From the NCBI GenBank assembly GCA_013265495.1, contig MU058824.1:5847245-5911244 (forward strand): a DNA stretch of 64,000 nucleotides, read 5' to 3'. The notes beneath the pieces are model-generated. The model searched no databases. It was given only the letters and a program-made list of their open reading frames with translations, and was not told the DNA's origin. Below, in pieces: positions 12,922 through 24,606 of the stretch; position 1 is the stretch's first letter, and every line of letters starts with the position of its first letter. The position numbers were made by a program, and so were the translations under genes. Source of the DNA: Vicugna vicugna. Taxonomy: Eukaryota.

Positions 12922-14321
12922 GGCCTGCAAATGTTTTCTAAAAACACCAGATATTAAAGAGCATCACAAAAGGTATGGCTGTGTACTAGGCAACTTGTGA
13001 GCTATAATTTTCTGACCCCTGCAATATAACAAAATCTTCCGTGTTGTCACAGTTTCCCTCCCAAATGCAAGTCATTGATGCCTCAAGAGTCACATTCAGT
13101 CAAGGTTAAACTCCCGGATCTTATGACAGTATCTATCTCAGGCCAAAATGTAGCAACTCATGACCTAGAGACTTATAAATTAAAATGACATGCCATCTTC
13201 TATACATACATATACAATGATGAAAAAAGGCAGGGTAATCACAATTAACACCCCAATTTGGAAAAGAAAATAACTTTTCTTAGGAGTAGGCTAACAGTTT
13301 CTTAGGAGTTAGCTAAGAGTTACGTAGAAGTTACCAAAATCCCACTGAAGGCAGTAAATATGTCCTGATTAGGCCCTAGATTCAGTTCCTAGGAGTAAGT
13401 TCCTAGTCTATTGCTCTCCATGGTTCTTGGATCCACCCTCTTATTATCCTTCGCCACATCTGAAAAGACCATCAGACGATACGCCTTTTTTAGAACTTGA
13501 ACAACATTCTCAGCCTGTTTCCAGCTTGTATAAAGTTGTAATCCCAATGTTCTTTTTCATTGCTTATTTTAAAATCCAGGCTGATATACTTTTGTCAATA
13601 CAGCTTTCTGAAACCCACCCTACCCCCTTTTTAAAATCTATGAGTTTGATCAGTCAGCCCTATATGCCAAATGTTACATCCATAATTCTTTTGGGGGCAT
13701 GTCTTTCTCTCCGTCTCTCTCTAGATTAGAGGTCCTTTCACTGTATCCTCCTTCAGTGGGATTATATTTATACTTAGTCTCCTTTATAGGAATATTTTGT
13801 CCAACTGTAATGATCTACTGAGCCCTATCTTAAGTTGTTCAGAGTTCTTTACCGGAAGTGTTGCAGCCACATCCTTATTTCGTCTTTGTTGTGAGGCTGT
13901 CTTTAAAACCAACCCCCAGTTTGGTTTTTGCCATGAGGAAAGGTCTTTTAAACTCATAATATTGCTTAATTTTACCTTCAACTGGTGCAGACTTGAGTTT
14001 CACTTTTCAGCCTTAAAAATTCTAGATTTTCTAAGCATTCTACATTTCCTTTCAAATATTTTTATCCTGAGTTCCTCTTTTTCTTGAGGCACCTTATCAA
14101 ATAAAACAAGTAGCAGTCAGTTCATCCTATCAATTGTCTGTCTCAAAATTTCCATGCCCAATGCCACAAGTTCATTAGAAGACAGATTTACCAAATGTTT
14201 ACCCTGCAAATGACATGAGTTGCCATTTCCAGGCTCGTTTCAACAGTTTCCTTATTCCAAAGACAATGCCACATATTTTAGGTTGATGTTATGGCTACAT
14301 CCTATTCTTACTACCAATCTT
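12922..14321 (-). mobile_element. MaLR internal region (MLT1-int)
   Basis: TACAATGATGAAAAAAGGCAGGGTAATCACAATTAACACCCCAATT. Ends CAATGCCACATATTTTAGGTTGATGTTATGGCTACATCCTATTCTTACTACCAAT, the antisense MLT-int 5' end. Confidence 0.7.
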
Positions 14322-14420
14322 TGCATAAGGTTTTGCTTTAATAATGCTGCTTAACAAACATTCCTAAAATTTGGTGGTTTGTGATAATAAACATTTGTTT
14401 CTTGCTGAATAATATGAAGC
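14322..14420 (-). mobile_element. MaLR 5' LTR remnant (truncated)
   Basis: ATGCTGCTTAACAAACATTCCTAAAATTTGGTGGTTT...AAACATTTGTTTCTTGCT repeats the LTR segment seen at 11711-11768 and 12506 onward. Confidence 0.7.
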
Positions 14421-14479
14421 TAAGGGAGTTTGTTGTTATATAAACATATATAACATATGTGCATTATATATACATTTAG

Positions 14480-15140
14480 TTGCATGATAAATGTAGTAAA
14501 TGTTAATGATTTGTTTATTTTAGAATGGTTAATTTTGTGTTATGTGAATTTCACCTCAATTTTTAAAGACCCTCAAAATCAAAAAGAGAAAGACATTTAA
14601 TGCAACCCACCAAGTTCACTCCTACATATATATCCAAGGAAACTGAAAAATAAATTTAGTCACAAATATTTGTAAGTGCATGTTCATATCAGTATTACAG
14701 CTTAAAACTGGAAACAACCCAAAGGTCCATCAACTTGTGAATATATAAACAAACTGTTGTATATCCATACAATGGAAAATTATCTAGCAATAAAAAGAGA
14801 TAACAGCATGGATGGATCTCAGAAACATTCTGTTTTGTGAAAGAAGCCAGATTCAAAAGACTACATATGGTATGATTTCTGTTTATATATAATTTCAGAA
14901 AAGGCAAAACTATAATGACAGAAAGCACTTCATAGGCCGACAGAGGCTAAAATAATGGGAAGGAATTGACTGAAAAGGGGAATAAAAAAACTTCTTGGGA
15001 TAATAGAACTGTTCCATATCTTGACTTAAGAGGTGGTTACATGACTATACATTTGTCAAAATTCTTTGAAACTGAAGTACTTAAAATTGGTAAATTTTAT
15101 TACATGTAAAGTATACCTCAATAAAGTTGACTTTTAAAAG
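14480..15140 (+). mobile_element. Old L1 3' ends (L1MB/L1MC/L1ME-like), two tandem fragments
   Basis: The first ends TGTTATGTGAATTTCACCTCAATTTTTAAA (~14568). The second is AAAACTGGAAACAACCCAAAGGTCCATCAAC...GTATACCTCAATAAAGTTGACTTTTAAAA. Confidence 0.85.
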
Positions 15141-17279
15141 GAGAGGAAAGTCTTTATGCTAGGCTTTCTTAGTGGTTAGTTTTTTTAAATGTCCAATGCC
15201 AGTGTTTTTTTTTTTAGATGCGGAGTAGTAAAGTTCTTCTACTGATGGTCATAGATATTTCCTAGAATCAAGGGAAATCTTTTACCCTCTTTATCCAGGT
15301 GCTAAAGGGGAATATTAAGACAAATATGCTTTTTGTGCCAATGCAAGATTGAACCAAACAATATATTCAACCATATGTTCTCATCTCAGCCTGACCATCT
15401 GCTGGCTGTGCACTTAAATATATCATCTAGTTCACTGATTCCCATTTGAAGGAAAACTATGGGGTAAAAAAAGACATAACCAATAAAATAGTAAGTTAAC
15501 TAACAGCTATGTTGAAGAAACCTAAGTACATTGTTTTCTAAGAATAAATTGTGTGCCCTGGGTTAAATAAATTCATTCAAGGTATTAAGGTAACTTTGAG
15601 TTTTGAATCTATAGAAAAGAAATAGAATGGGAGCTGTGTCTCAAAATCTTGACCTAAGATAATCAAAGGGGCAAATCTATTCTTTTGCTGTCTCTAGATT
15701 GCCCTTGAAAAGACATTAGATACAAATTAGAATTATAGCCATCTTTCCATTGCCACTTTGATGTCTATATTTCTGTCCTAGAATTTTTGTTTTTGAGGTA
15801 AGTAGTCAGTGTATATGCATTTCTAACAACTGTGTTAAATTCTGTTCCTACACTTCCTTGGTGTGAAACATCATTTTTCCTGAGCATTTGGGGAAAATCT
15901 TGATTCTTATATTCTTACTTCTCCACAGGCAGAATTAAAAAGTTTAAAAACATAGACACTCACAGGTAAATAACTGTTTTTATTGTTTGCCAACCTACTA
16001 AAGGTGCGTTAACTCCCACTGTTTAACCCCCAAAGTTCGTATCTGTCAGAGGGTGTTAGTTCTTAACTAAAACTGTATCTACAAAGAGATGCATGATAAT
16101 TCAGTCTTTTCATTCATTCCCAAAACATTATCACCAGGGTGAAATTTCTGATGTTGCAAAGGTAAGTGCAAGTCTGCTTTTAGAGAGATTTTCCTAATTT
16201 AACCTCTCACATATTTCATTTTGTTAGCTCCTCAGACTCCCTTCTTTCCCTTGCCATTGGCAAATGGCGCCCTTCAGCCATTATCCTTTTCCCAATCCAG
16301 CACTTAGTACGTTGCAGCCACTGTCAGAAAAGCAGCCTGTCAAAGACTAAATCAGAAAGGATGGACCCTGCTGTTTCCTTCACATCAGAGAGAGAATCCC
16401 CTGGGGTGACTTTAAGACAGTGTTCACCTGTCATTTCTAGCTCATCTGCAGAATCCACTTGGGGTGCTTTTCACATTGTCAGGTAGTCATACTTCTTTCC
16501 TTGTGCCTTTTATTTATGAAAAAAGAAACACCTCACAGAAGGCCAAACTAACACTCTGTTAAAAAGAAAATTCAGTGAGGTACAGATAGCAAATGAATAA
16601 TCTACTTGCACTGTGCTGCTTTCAAGCAAGCTTAAAACAAAGCATTTTATAAGGCGAAGCTGGAATTACGGTATAACAAACTCACAATCCTTCTTTAGGC
16701 CTAGTGGTGAAAATGGCTGCATGCTGAGCTAGCTCAAGGTACCAGAGATACGAAGAGAGCATTTTCAGCACCACCTTCCACATCCTCTGATTACCTGTTA
16801 GGAACTTTGGTTTACTGTCATCCAGGGAAGCTCAGATCTGAGACTGCTTGCTAGGCACAAGGTCTGAAGAGGGTATATCTTAGTCTGAGGGTGAAGATTT
16901 AAATTGTATTCCGGAAGTGAACTCAAATATGCATAATGCAACTCAACATAATTCTTAAAGCTTATGATTGCCTAACTTGCTAAGTGCTCACTCTAGCCTT
17001 TGGAGTTCATTCCAGATGAGCTGAGTGCATTCTGCATGCAAATTTCATGATTAAAGATAGGCATTTAATGGAACAATTCTGTAGCTGTGTGGTGCATAAC
17101 GACATTGGAGGAAAGGGGAATACCTTCAGATAACCTGGGATTGTTGAAAGGTCACTAATCTTTTAGAAGGGAAAAAGCTGACACAGAATATCCAGGGAAA
17201 ATGCCAAGAGACTCAGACCTACTAGTGGTTACCTGGTGGTTACTAGGCCTGATTGCAACGAACATTCCTCTTTGCTCCA

Positions 17280-17430
17280 AAGCTTCTCTCCCAGGCCAGG
17301 CTCACTCAACCTAGGCTACCTAATTAGCCGTCCTGCTTTTTGGATATCTCCCATTCCATCCACTCTGCATGCCACTGCAAGACAAACCTTTACAAACTAC
17401 GACTTTTCATTAAAATGCTTTCATACTTCA
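17280..17430 (+). mobile_element. L2 fragment
   Basis: CCATTCCATCCACTCTGCATGCCACTGCAAGACAAACCTTTACAAAC resembles L2. Confidence 0.5.
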
Positions 17431-17479
17431 GAATTCACCTTTCAGATCTAGCTCTGCTTATTTTTTAATATTCTACTTT

Positions 17480-17950
17480 TTCATCCAGTAAATTTTTTTT
17501 GAGTCTCTGTTATGTGCTAGGCACTAAGTCTGCTGTCATAGGAGTTACATTTTAGGGAGAGGAGACAGACAATAAGCAGACAAATCGGGGGAAAACATAA
17601 CGCATGGCAAAAGAACAGGGTGGCTAGCAGTTGTTATTTCAGATAGGATGGTCAGACCAAGGCTCTTTGGTGAGGGGACACTTGAGCAGTACTGAATTAA
17701 GTGAGGTGCAAGCCATGCAGATAACTGGGAGAAGAGCATTCTAGGTAGAGGAAGCCAGAAATACAAATGTGCCGGGAGGGAAGGATGCCTGGTGAGTGTT
17801 AAAGACATCCAGGAGTGAGCACCAGGTAGAGTGGTAGTAAGCGAGTTTAGAGAAGGAGCCTGTATTAGACTTCCGTAATGCTTGCAGCTGATAGTAAGTC
17901 CTTTCTGTTTTATTCTGTACAGATGAGAAGTTACTATCAGCTTTGAATTC
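17480..17950 (-). mobile_element. L2a 3' fragment
   Basis: TTGAGTCTCTGTTATGTGCTAGGCACT...GGATGGTCAG...GAGAAGAGCATTCTAGGTAGAGGAA. Confidence 0.85.
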
Positions 17951-17991
17951 ATGAAATTTAATCTCTGTATTTTTATCTCATTATAAGCTCT

Positions 17992-18705
17992 TTGTTGAGT
18001 ACATTTTCATGTACCTATTGGCTATCTGTATGTCTTCTTTGCAAAAATGCCTGTTCAGCTCCCTTGTTCATTTTTTGATCAGATTAAATGTTTTTTAATC
18101 AAAATCATTTGTTTTTTAATCTTGTTTTTTGCTATTAATTTCCTTATATATTTCAGATACCAACCTCTTGTCAGATACATGGTTTGCAAATATCTTCTCC
18201 CTTTCCATAGGTTGCTTTTTCATTTTACTGATTGTTTCTTTTGTTGTCCAGACACTTTTTAGTTTGATATATCCCTCTTATTTATTTTTACTTTTATTGC
18301 CTATGCTTTGGGTACCATATCCAAAAAAATTATTGCCAAGACCAATCAGTATCAAGGATGTTTCTGTTTTCTTCTAGGAGTTTTACAATTTCAGGTCTTA
18401 CATTTAAGTCATAATCCAGTTTGAGTTAGTTTGTGTGAGTGGTATAAGATAGGGGTCCAGTTTCATTCTTTTGCATGCAGATATCCAGTTTTCCTAACAC
18501 CAAAGAGACTATCCTTCCCCCATCATGTGTTTTTGAAACTCTTGTCAAAGATTAGTTGACCATATATGGATGGGTTTATATCTGTTCCATTAGTCTATAT
18601 GCCTATTTTTATGCCAGAACTGCAGAGTACCATACTGCTTTGATTACTATAACTTTGTAATATAATTTGAAATCAGGAAGAGTGACGCTTCTCATTTTAT
18701 TTTCA
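17992..18705 (-). mobile_element. L1 (L1MA/L1MB-like) ORF2 3' fragment, decayed
   Basis: CTTGTCAGATACATGGTTTGCAAATATCTTCTCCC...TTGCCAAGACCAAT...TCAGGTCTTACATTTAAGTC...TTTGATTACTATAACTTTGTAATATAATTTGAAATCAGGA. Confidence 0.9.
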
Positions 18706-21055
18706 TTGCCTTTGTCATATGAGGTTTGCTTTCCTGACACATTTTAAATATCTTGAATACTGACAAGCTCATGGTTTAGATGTTTTCATCATACCCCTCA
18801 AATTATCCAGCACAATGCTTTTGTGTAATTAAAGGAAGTGAGCAAAGAGTGCATAAATAGTAGAGGCCTTAGAGGAATAGGCAAGTACAAAGTCTTTTAT
18901 CTCAGTATTACAGAGCATTGGAAATACCTAAAGTGAAAGAGAACACAGCCAAAAGGGAAATGAATAATCTGCTAAGAAACATTCATTCATTCACTCATTG
19001 ACCGAAGACTTAACGAGCATGTGTAATGAGCTGGAGTCACCCAATACCACAAGAAAATAGATAATATTTCATTTTAAGAGAAGTAAGAGTTCCTGGCATT
19101 TGAAGGTATTCATAAGTCACTCTTCCTTTGCCCTTTCAATTTTACATGGATTCTTAGTCAGGAACAAAACTAGTGATTGCAACAGAAATATAATTGTGAA
19201 GCTTGGTGTAAATGAGGCAGAAAAGCTCTTTACCCTAAGCAGCTGCTGACAGAGGGAGTAGGTATCTTACTAACTTCTCTGATGTTACCATCCAACATCG
19301 TCCAGAGTGTGACACAGAAGCAGGTAAAGTGGTTAAATGCAGAGTCATGGAGAACTAGGATGTCTTGAAAGGTGGATTTAGACCAGACTGGGTTAGGAAC
19401 CAGGATCACACATTCTCTCATCATCCTGGTGTCAGAGCTTCTCCAGCTCCTTAACATGGAGGATGCTTAGTTAACATGAACCACATTGTGCATAATCTGA
19501 TATTTATGGCAAATATTTACATTTAAGTTTCTTGTTAGTAAAGTGTAACTACATCATTTCATAATGTGGGTTTAATTCTCCAAGCAGCCTTTTGATGCTC
19601 TCCTAAGTTTCCGAATTAAAAACTACATATATTGTTAAGGTGGAACATCTGCCTTGGGAGGACACAACTACTATTTTGGCAATTGTCTTGTACCTTGAAT
19701 GCTACAAGGTACAAAGGACTTAAAAAGTTGGAACAGGGGTCTGTTTTGATCTACTGTACAATCATCCATTCTCACATGCTATGAATACCCAATAAACAAA
19801 TGGTTGATTAGAATGTCAGGTCCATTGCTTCACTGAATCAACAAGTTATAGAACTAGAATTTTCCATTATATACCCCAGGTAAACAAAGCTTCGGGTAGG
19901 ACTTGGAAACTCCCTCTACACTGGAGCAGAGAACAGGCTTGCAGCTAAGTCTTCAGCAAGCTTAATATTTTCTGCTATTTACCCTGGAGTTCAGTCAAAC
20001 CCATCCACTGTCCCTGTGCAAAAAGCATTATGATCACCAATGTGATTAATATGTTCCTTTTGCCGTGGCAAGAGCTGCTGAAAGCCAGCTTTCAATGAGC
20101 TCTGTAAATGTCTTTTTTATGCCCTCCACTGAGCATATGCCTACAAAGTTTAGGTAAACAATGGGTATTTGAAAGTGTAGATTATATTGGCAAATACATT
20201 CCTCCCACTTTTGAACTAGTCTCCCTATGACAAGGCAAAACATCCATCCTGCCTGACTGTTCATTGTTAGTTTCTGAGTTCCTGACACCTTTACACAAGC
20301 AGTTATTAGGTGACACATTTACTACTTTTTAGCACCTGAACAATGACAGCAAAGCACGCAGAAAACGTAAGGACATTTTGCCAAAAAGAAAATCTGTTCT
20401 TTGCAGTTGATTGTGAGTAAAAAGAGAATGTTTTGCAACTTGCTATACATATCTGTGCATGGAAGACAAATGCAGGCCCTCACAGTGGTCCGATTAATGA
20501 ATGGTGGACCCTCCCCAAGCTGAGGAGGTGGGTATATGATATTACATATGGGGCTCTCTTTTGGTTCACTCTTTCAGAAAAGAAAAAAAAAGGCAAAATG
20601 GAGCAAATCATCCCTAGAAATGAATGCTTGGATGAGTCCTTTGGAAGTGTCAAGCAAGATAAGTAGCAAGACCATCATTCACTCTGGTGAACAGCATTGT
20701 GATCCCCTCTGCAGATTTCAAGATGAACTACTGGAGTTTGTTGTGCTACAAAGACATTTCACCAGAGTAACAAAGTCCAGGCACAACACATATGAAAAGT
20801 CAGGTGTTATTCTGACCTTTTGAAAGTCCTGTGGGGACTCCAATTCAGATTCCTTTTCTACCAGTAAGCTCACAACATTAGACCAACTTCATGTGGGGTT
20901 TAGAAAAAGAAATTCCAATTTCACTTATTTGTTATTTTTTTTCTGCACATTGATTTATTGCTGAAAACATTTTTAATAGAAATATTAAATTAAGGTTGGC
21001 ATCATATGTCACTAAAAGAAGCCATTTATTCAAATCTTCTTAGACCCCCCCACAC

Positions 21056-21150
21056 TGTATATATATATGTATGTGTGTGTGTACGTCCATATGTTCACAT
21101 GTATATGCATATATATGTATATACATGCATACAGATTTACACACACACAC
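21056..21150. repeat. Compound (TA)n/(TG)n/(CA)n simple repeat
   Basis: Alternating purine-pyrimidine tract. Confidence 0.85.
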
Positions 21151-22049
21151 TTATTTCCAAATGTATATTCTTCACACAGGAAGATTCACAGCTCTTTATA
21201 TATGATTTCCTTTTGATCAGGCTCACTGTGAAAAATCATAAACCTGGCAGATAATGGTGACTAATTTTCACCTGTGATGAGACTAATGTATGTTTTAATT
21301 TAGCCATTTTTATTTTTTAAAACCAGATAAACTAAAATGAATGATCCTGTTCCCTGATCAAGAATATTGGCTACATAAACCAAAAATACAGAAAGATACA
21401 GAAGAAAATACAGATGTAATATTCTCAAAATATAAAAAGTGACACGTTACTTAAATAATTGTTTCATATATTCAAAGAGTATGGGAACTGTGTTTGTTTT
21501 GTTTGTTTACAGAATACTGAATCATATGCTTTTTCCATGTTAAAAAAAAATGGATTGATTCCTAGCCACCAAGTCTGTGGCCCATTTTAGTAGATCCTTC
21601 TTATATAAAACAGCCCCTTGATGACTCTGATGATGAAAAACAGTGTTGAGAGATAAGAGATTGAAAGCTTACCATATGTTAGAACATGTGTATGGGGAGC
21701 TCGCCTTGGACTGAATGCTGTCAATTCGGCGATTCTTCAGCTTAATTGTGTCATTTGAGCCACACCTTAAGCCCTTAGCAATGCTTTGTGTGTCCTTTGT
21801 TTTCTTTTTATGAGACAGGCCCTTCCAATATAAATGTTTGCTAAAACAAACTGCATACCAAGATTCAAATAATTCACCACTATTGAGGTTCAGTGCATTT
21901 TAATGATTCTCTAAAACCATTTGCCATACATTTAATTTGATTTTTATTTTGAGCAAAGTGGTGAGTAATTTACATAATTAAATAATATTACAAAACAGCT
22001 GTTTGCTGACCTACCAATTCTTATCCCCTATTCTTGGTTTTAAAGGAAC

Positions 22050-22760
22050 ATTTTCAGCATTTTCTCCTGAAATGTACCTCTATATTTCTAAATAATGTCC
22101 TTCCTTTTTTTTCTATTTTAAACACTATCTTTCAATTTCCTACTGTGGGAAAATAATTATTTCATCAGCTTCTTTCCATAACCACTCCCAGATATACACA
22201 CACACCAACTTTTTATTATAAATATATCACAATTTTAAATGAATATCCATCGTTAGTATCTCTCTTGTTCAACTTTTAATTTTCTCTAGTGTTAATAATT
22301 GTTCTGTGTTTTCCAAATATCTATCTTTAATACATTCCAAGAGTGCAAAACTTTTTTCAATAATCTAATACAGCAATAGGGAAATTTTTTCCTATAAATG
22401 GCCAGAGTAAACAGTTTAGGCTTTGTGGGCCACATGGTCTCTGTCGTAACTACTCAACTCTAACATTTTAGCAACTTAAGTGAGTGGACATGGGGCTAGT
22501 CCAATAAAACTTTATTTAAAAAAATAAGTAAGGAGCCAGATTTGACCTAGGCCATAGTTCGCTGACTCCTGGCCTTACATCAGGTGATAAGTTCCTTTTG
22601 TTTTCTTAAAGACATTCCTTCTAGATATTTTGATCCTCTTGCTTCAGTCTGGACTTGATTCTTTCTACATCTGTTGCGCAGGCATCATCCTGACATCCCC
22701 CTGTACCTATCTCATAGATTGAAGTCTTTTCCTCCCAAATCCCATATTTTCCTTGCTTTA
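22050..22760 (-). mobile_element. HAL1 fragment, interrupted by MER58A
   Basis: TTCTTAAAGACATTCCTTCTAG...TCCTCTTGCTTCAGTCTGGACTTGATTCTTTCTAC...CATCATCCTGAC. The same segment occurs at ~53200-53270. Confidence 0.6.
22371..22571 (-). mobile_element. MER58A (hAT-Charlie MITE)
   Basis: TTTAGGCTTTGTGGGCCACATGGTCTCTGTCGTAACTACTCAACTCT...CCAATAAAACTTTATTTA...GCCATAGTTCGCTGACTCCTG, with CAG...CTG ends. Confidence 0.9.
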
Positions 22761-22879
22761 TCACTACAATGTACCAGACAGACATTAGTCTTAAGAATCA
22801 GGTAAATTGGAAGATGCTTTCCAAGCAACCTTATTATTTAATTCATTTACTCATTAAAAAATATTTATTGAACACCATC

Positions 22880-23055
22880 TCTGCTTCTTACTAGCTGAGT
22901 AAGCTTAGTTAATTTCTAATGTCCCTCACTTTAGTTTACTCATCTGTGAAATCAGAATAGTAATATCTACATAGTAAGGTAGTTTTGAAATGGAATGAAA
23001 CAAAACTTGCAGCAAACTATCAGTGGTGAATATATTATAATGCTAAATGATTAGT
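22880..23055 (+). mobile_element. MIR SINE
   Basis: CTTACTAGCTGAGT...TTAGTTTACTCATCTGTGAAATCAGAATAGTAATATCTAC. Confidence 0.7.
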
Positions 23056-24205
23056 TTAAGAAATGAATCAGTAAGTGGCCACTTAGCATGGTTTTCTTTA
23101 AACTTAGTTTTCTTGAAGTATGAACTAAAGTAATATTAAGATAGCCGTAAATACACTTTCCTTTATATATGCTTGTATTAAAGACAAAATATTCAATCTA
23201 TTTGCCTAATGTTACATAGTTAATAAAACTAGGAATCTGTGGACCCTTCAAATTTACACCCACCCTGATTCTAGAAGATTTAAAAATATGAATCCTTGGG
23301 TCATATCAACAAGTAAGAGGCTGTAGGAAAGGTATTTGTAAAGGTAGTATGTCAGGGAAGAGAATCTCGCTTGAATTTTGCTTATGAAAGCTAGCTTATT
23401 ATTAGCAAGGGTATTTCCCACTTTCAGCCTTTTCCCCCACGATGTGATTTACCATTGAAAAAATGACTCCTGAGGTCTCTGACCTATTTTTAAGGCTGTC
23501 TTATCTCAGGAGGCATCTCTTAGTGACTCTAAGAATAAAGCTGAGAGATGGGTATTGAAGTTCTGCCATATGGCGCAACATATGTACAGTTGATATACAT
23601 GCCTTGAATGGTAGCAACATAAAGACACACTTTATATACAGTGTATCATCACACATAAAGCTTTCAAAAGAAGTCCAGAATATGTGTGCATGCATATAAT
23701 TATAGGAATACATATGCATAAATGTGCATACATATGCATATATAGATTCTCAGATGTGTGAATATACAACCAAGAATTGTTTTCACGAGGGGCTTAAAAT
23801 ATTGGGAGATGCCTGCCTTGACAAGTCTAAAAGCCTAATTTTGAATTAATTCATTTATTTCTTCAAAAAAATTATTGACTATCTATTACATGCCACATTG
23901 CACACAATGTCCAATGCACTGGAGCTGCAAAGGAGATGATGTTTTGTAACAAAAAGAATGTGTCACCTTCTGTAGAAGATTTTTAGGAAGAAATAGCTGA
24001 ACAGTATTTCCCAAATTCTCAGTAAGAGTTTTCTTTGGCAAATGTTAGTTCCATGGTTAAGGATTGTTAATGGAAAAAAAAAGTATCTGTTTACTCATTT
24101 TTATGTAACTGTGAAAAAGATGAAAAAACTCCTCCTAATTTAGTTATGACTTCAAACCATACCTTTCCAAGTACTCTCTGTACTCAATTAAGCCTTAAAG
24201 AATTA

Positions 24206-24606
24206 TAGGTTTCCCCTACAATCCAAAAGTAGAGTTTTCTTATGAATCCTTTCATAAGCCAAAATGGTGTAAAGCAAAGAATCAGTTACCTGAGGATCCA
24301 TCTTGCTAACAGATGCACCAAATAAATTGAGATAAAGCACAGATGCTCAGAGACACAGTTCAAAGCTATGGCAGCTTGAGGCTGAGATGCCGAACGTTGT
24401 TTCCAGGGAAGGAGCTCGGGGTGCGCACTGCCTCTATATCAACTAGCTGCAAAACAAACACTGAATGCTATTTTCATTTTTAGCCTATTTCAATAAAAGA
24501 GAAATCCTCTTTGGATTCCTTTTGGTTAGCGAAAACAGGTACTAATGTAGGTCCTTGGTCATAGCAAAGTGCCGAAAAGTGAACTTTGAGAAACAGTGGG
24601 TACCCG
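24206..24606 (-). mobile_element. TcMar-Tigger MITE (Tigger6a-like)
   Basis: GGTTAGCGAAAACAGGTACTAATGTAGGTC...AAAGTGAACTTTGAGAAAC. Degenerate TIRs TAGGTTTCCCC / GGGTACCCG, flanked by TA at 24204-24205 and 24607-24608. Confidence 0.75.

Noticed and set aside
18047..18377. Hydrophobic membrane-protein-like ORFs
   Set aside because: These are antisense translations of T-rich L1 ORF2 sequence.
19230..19457. 75-aa minus-strand ORF or + strand exon ending CAG|gtaaag
   Set aside because: No recognisable homology and a weak acceptor context.
20390..20420. 6-nt microexon ttgcag|TTGATT|gtgagt
   Set aside because: Short pyrimidine tract, purine-rich upstream sequence and a poor exonic donor context (ATT|gt).
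21625..21720. C/D-box snoRNA (ATGATGA...CTGA, ~85 nt)
   Set aside because: No terminal stem and no recognisable guide. The similar motif at ~5247-5285 is too short.
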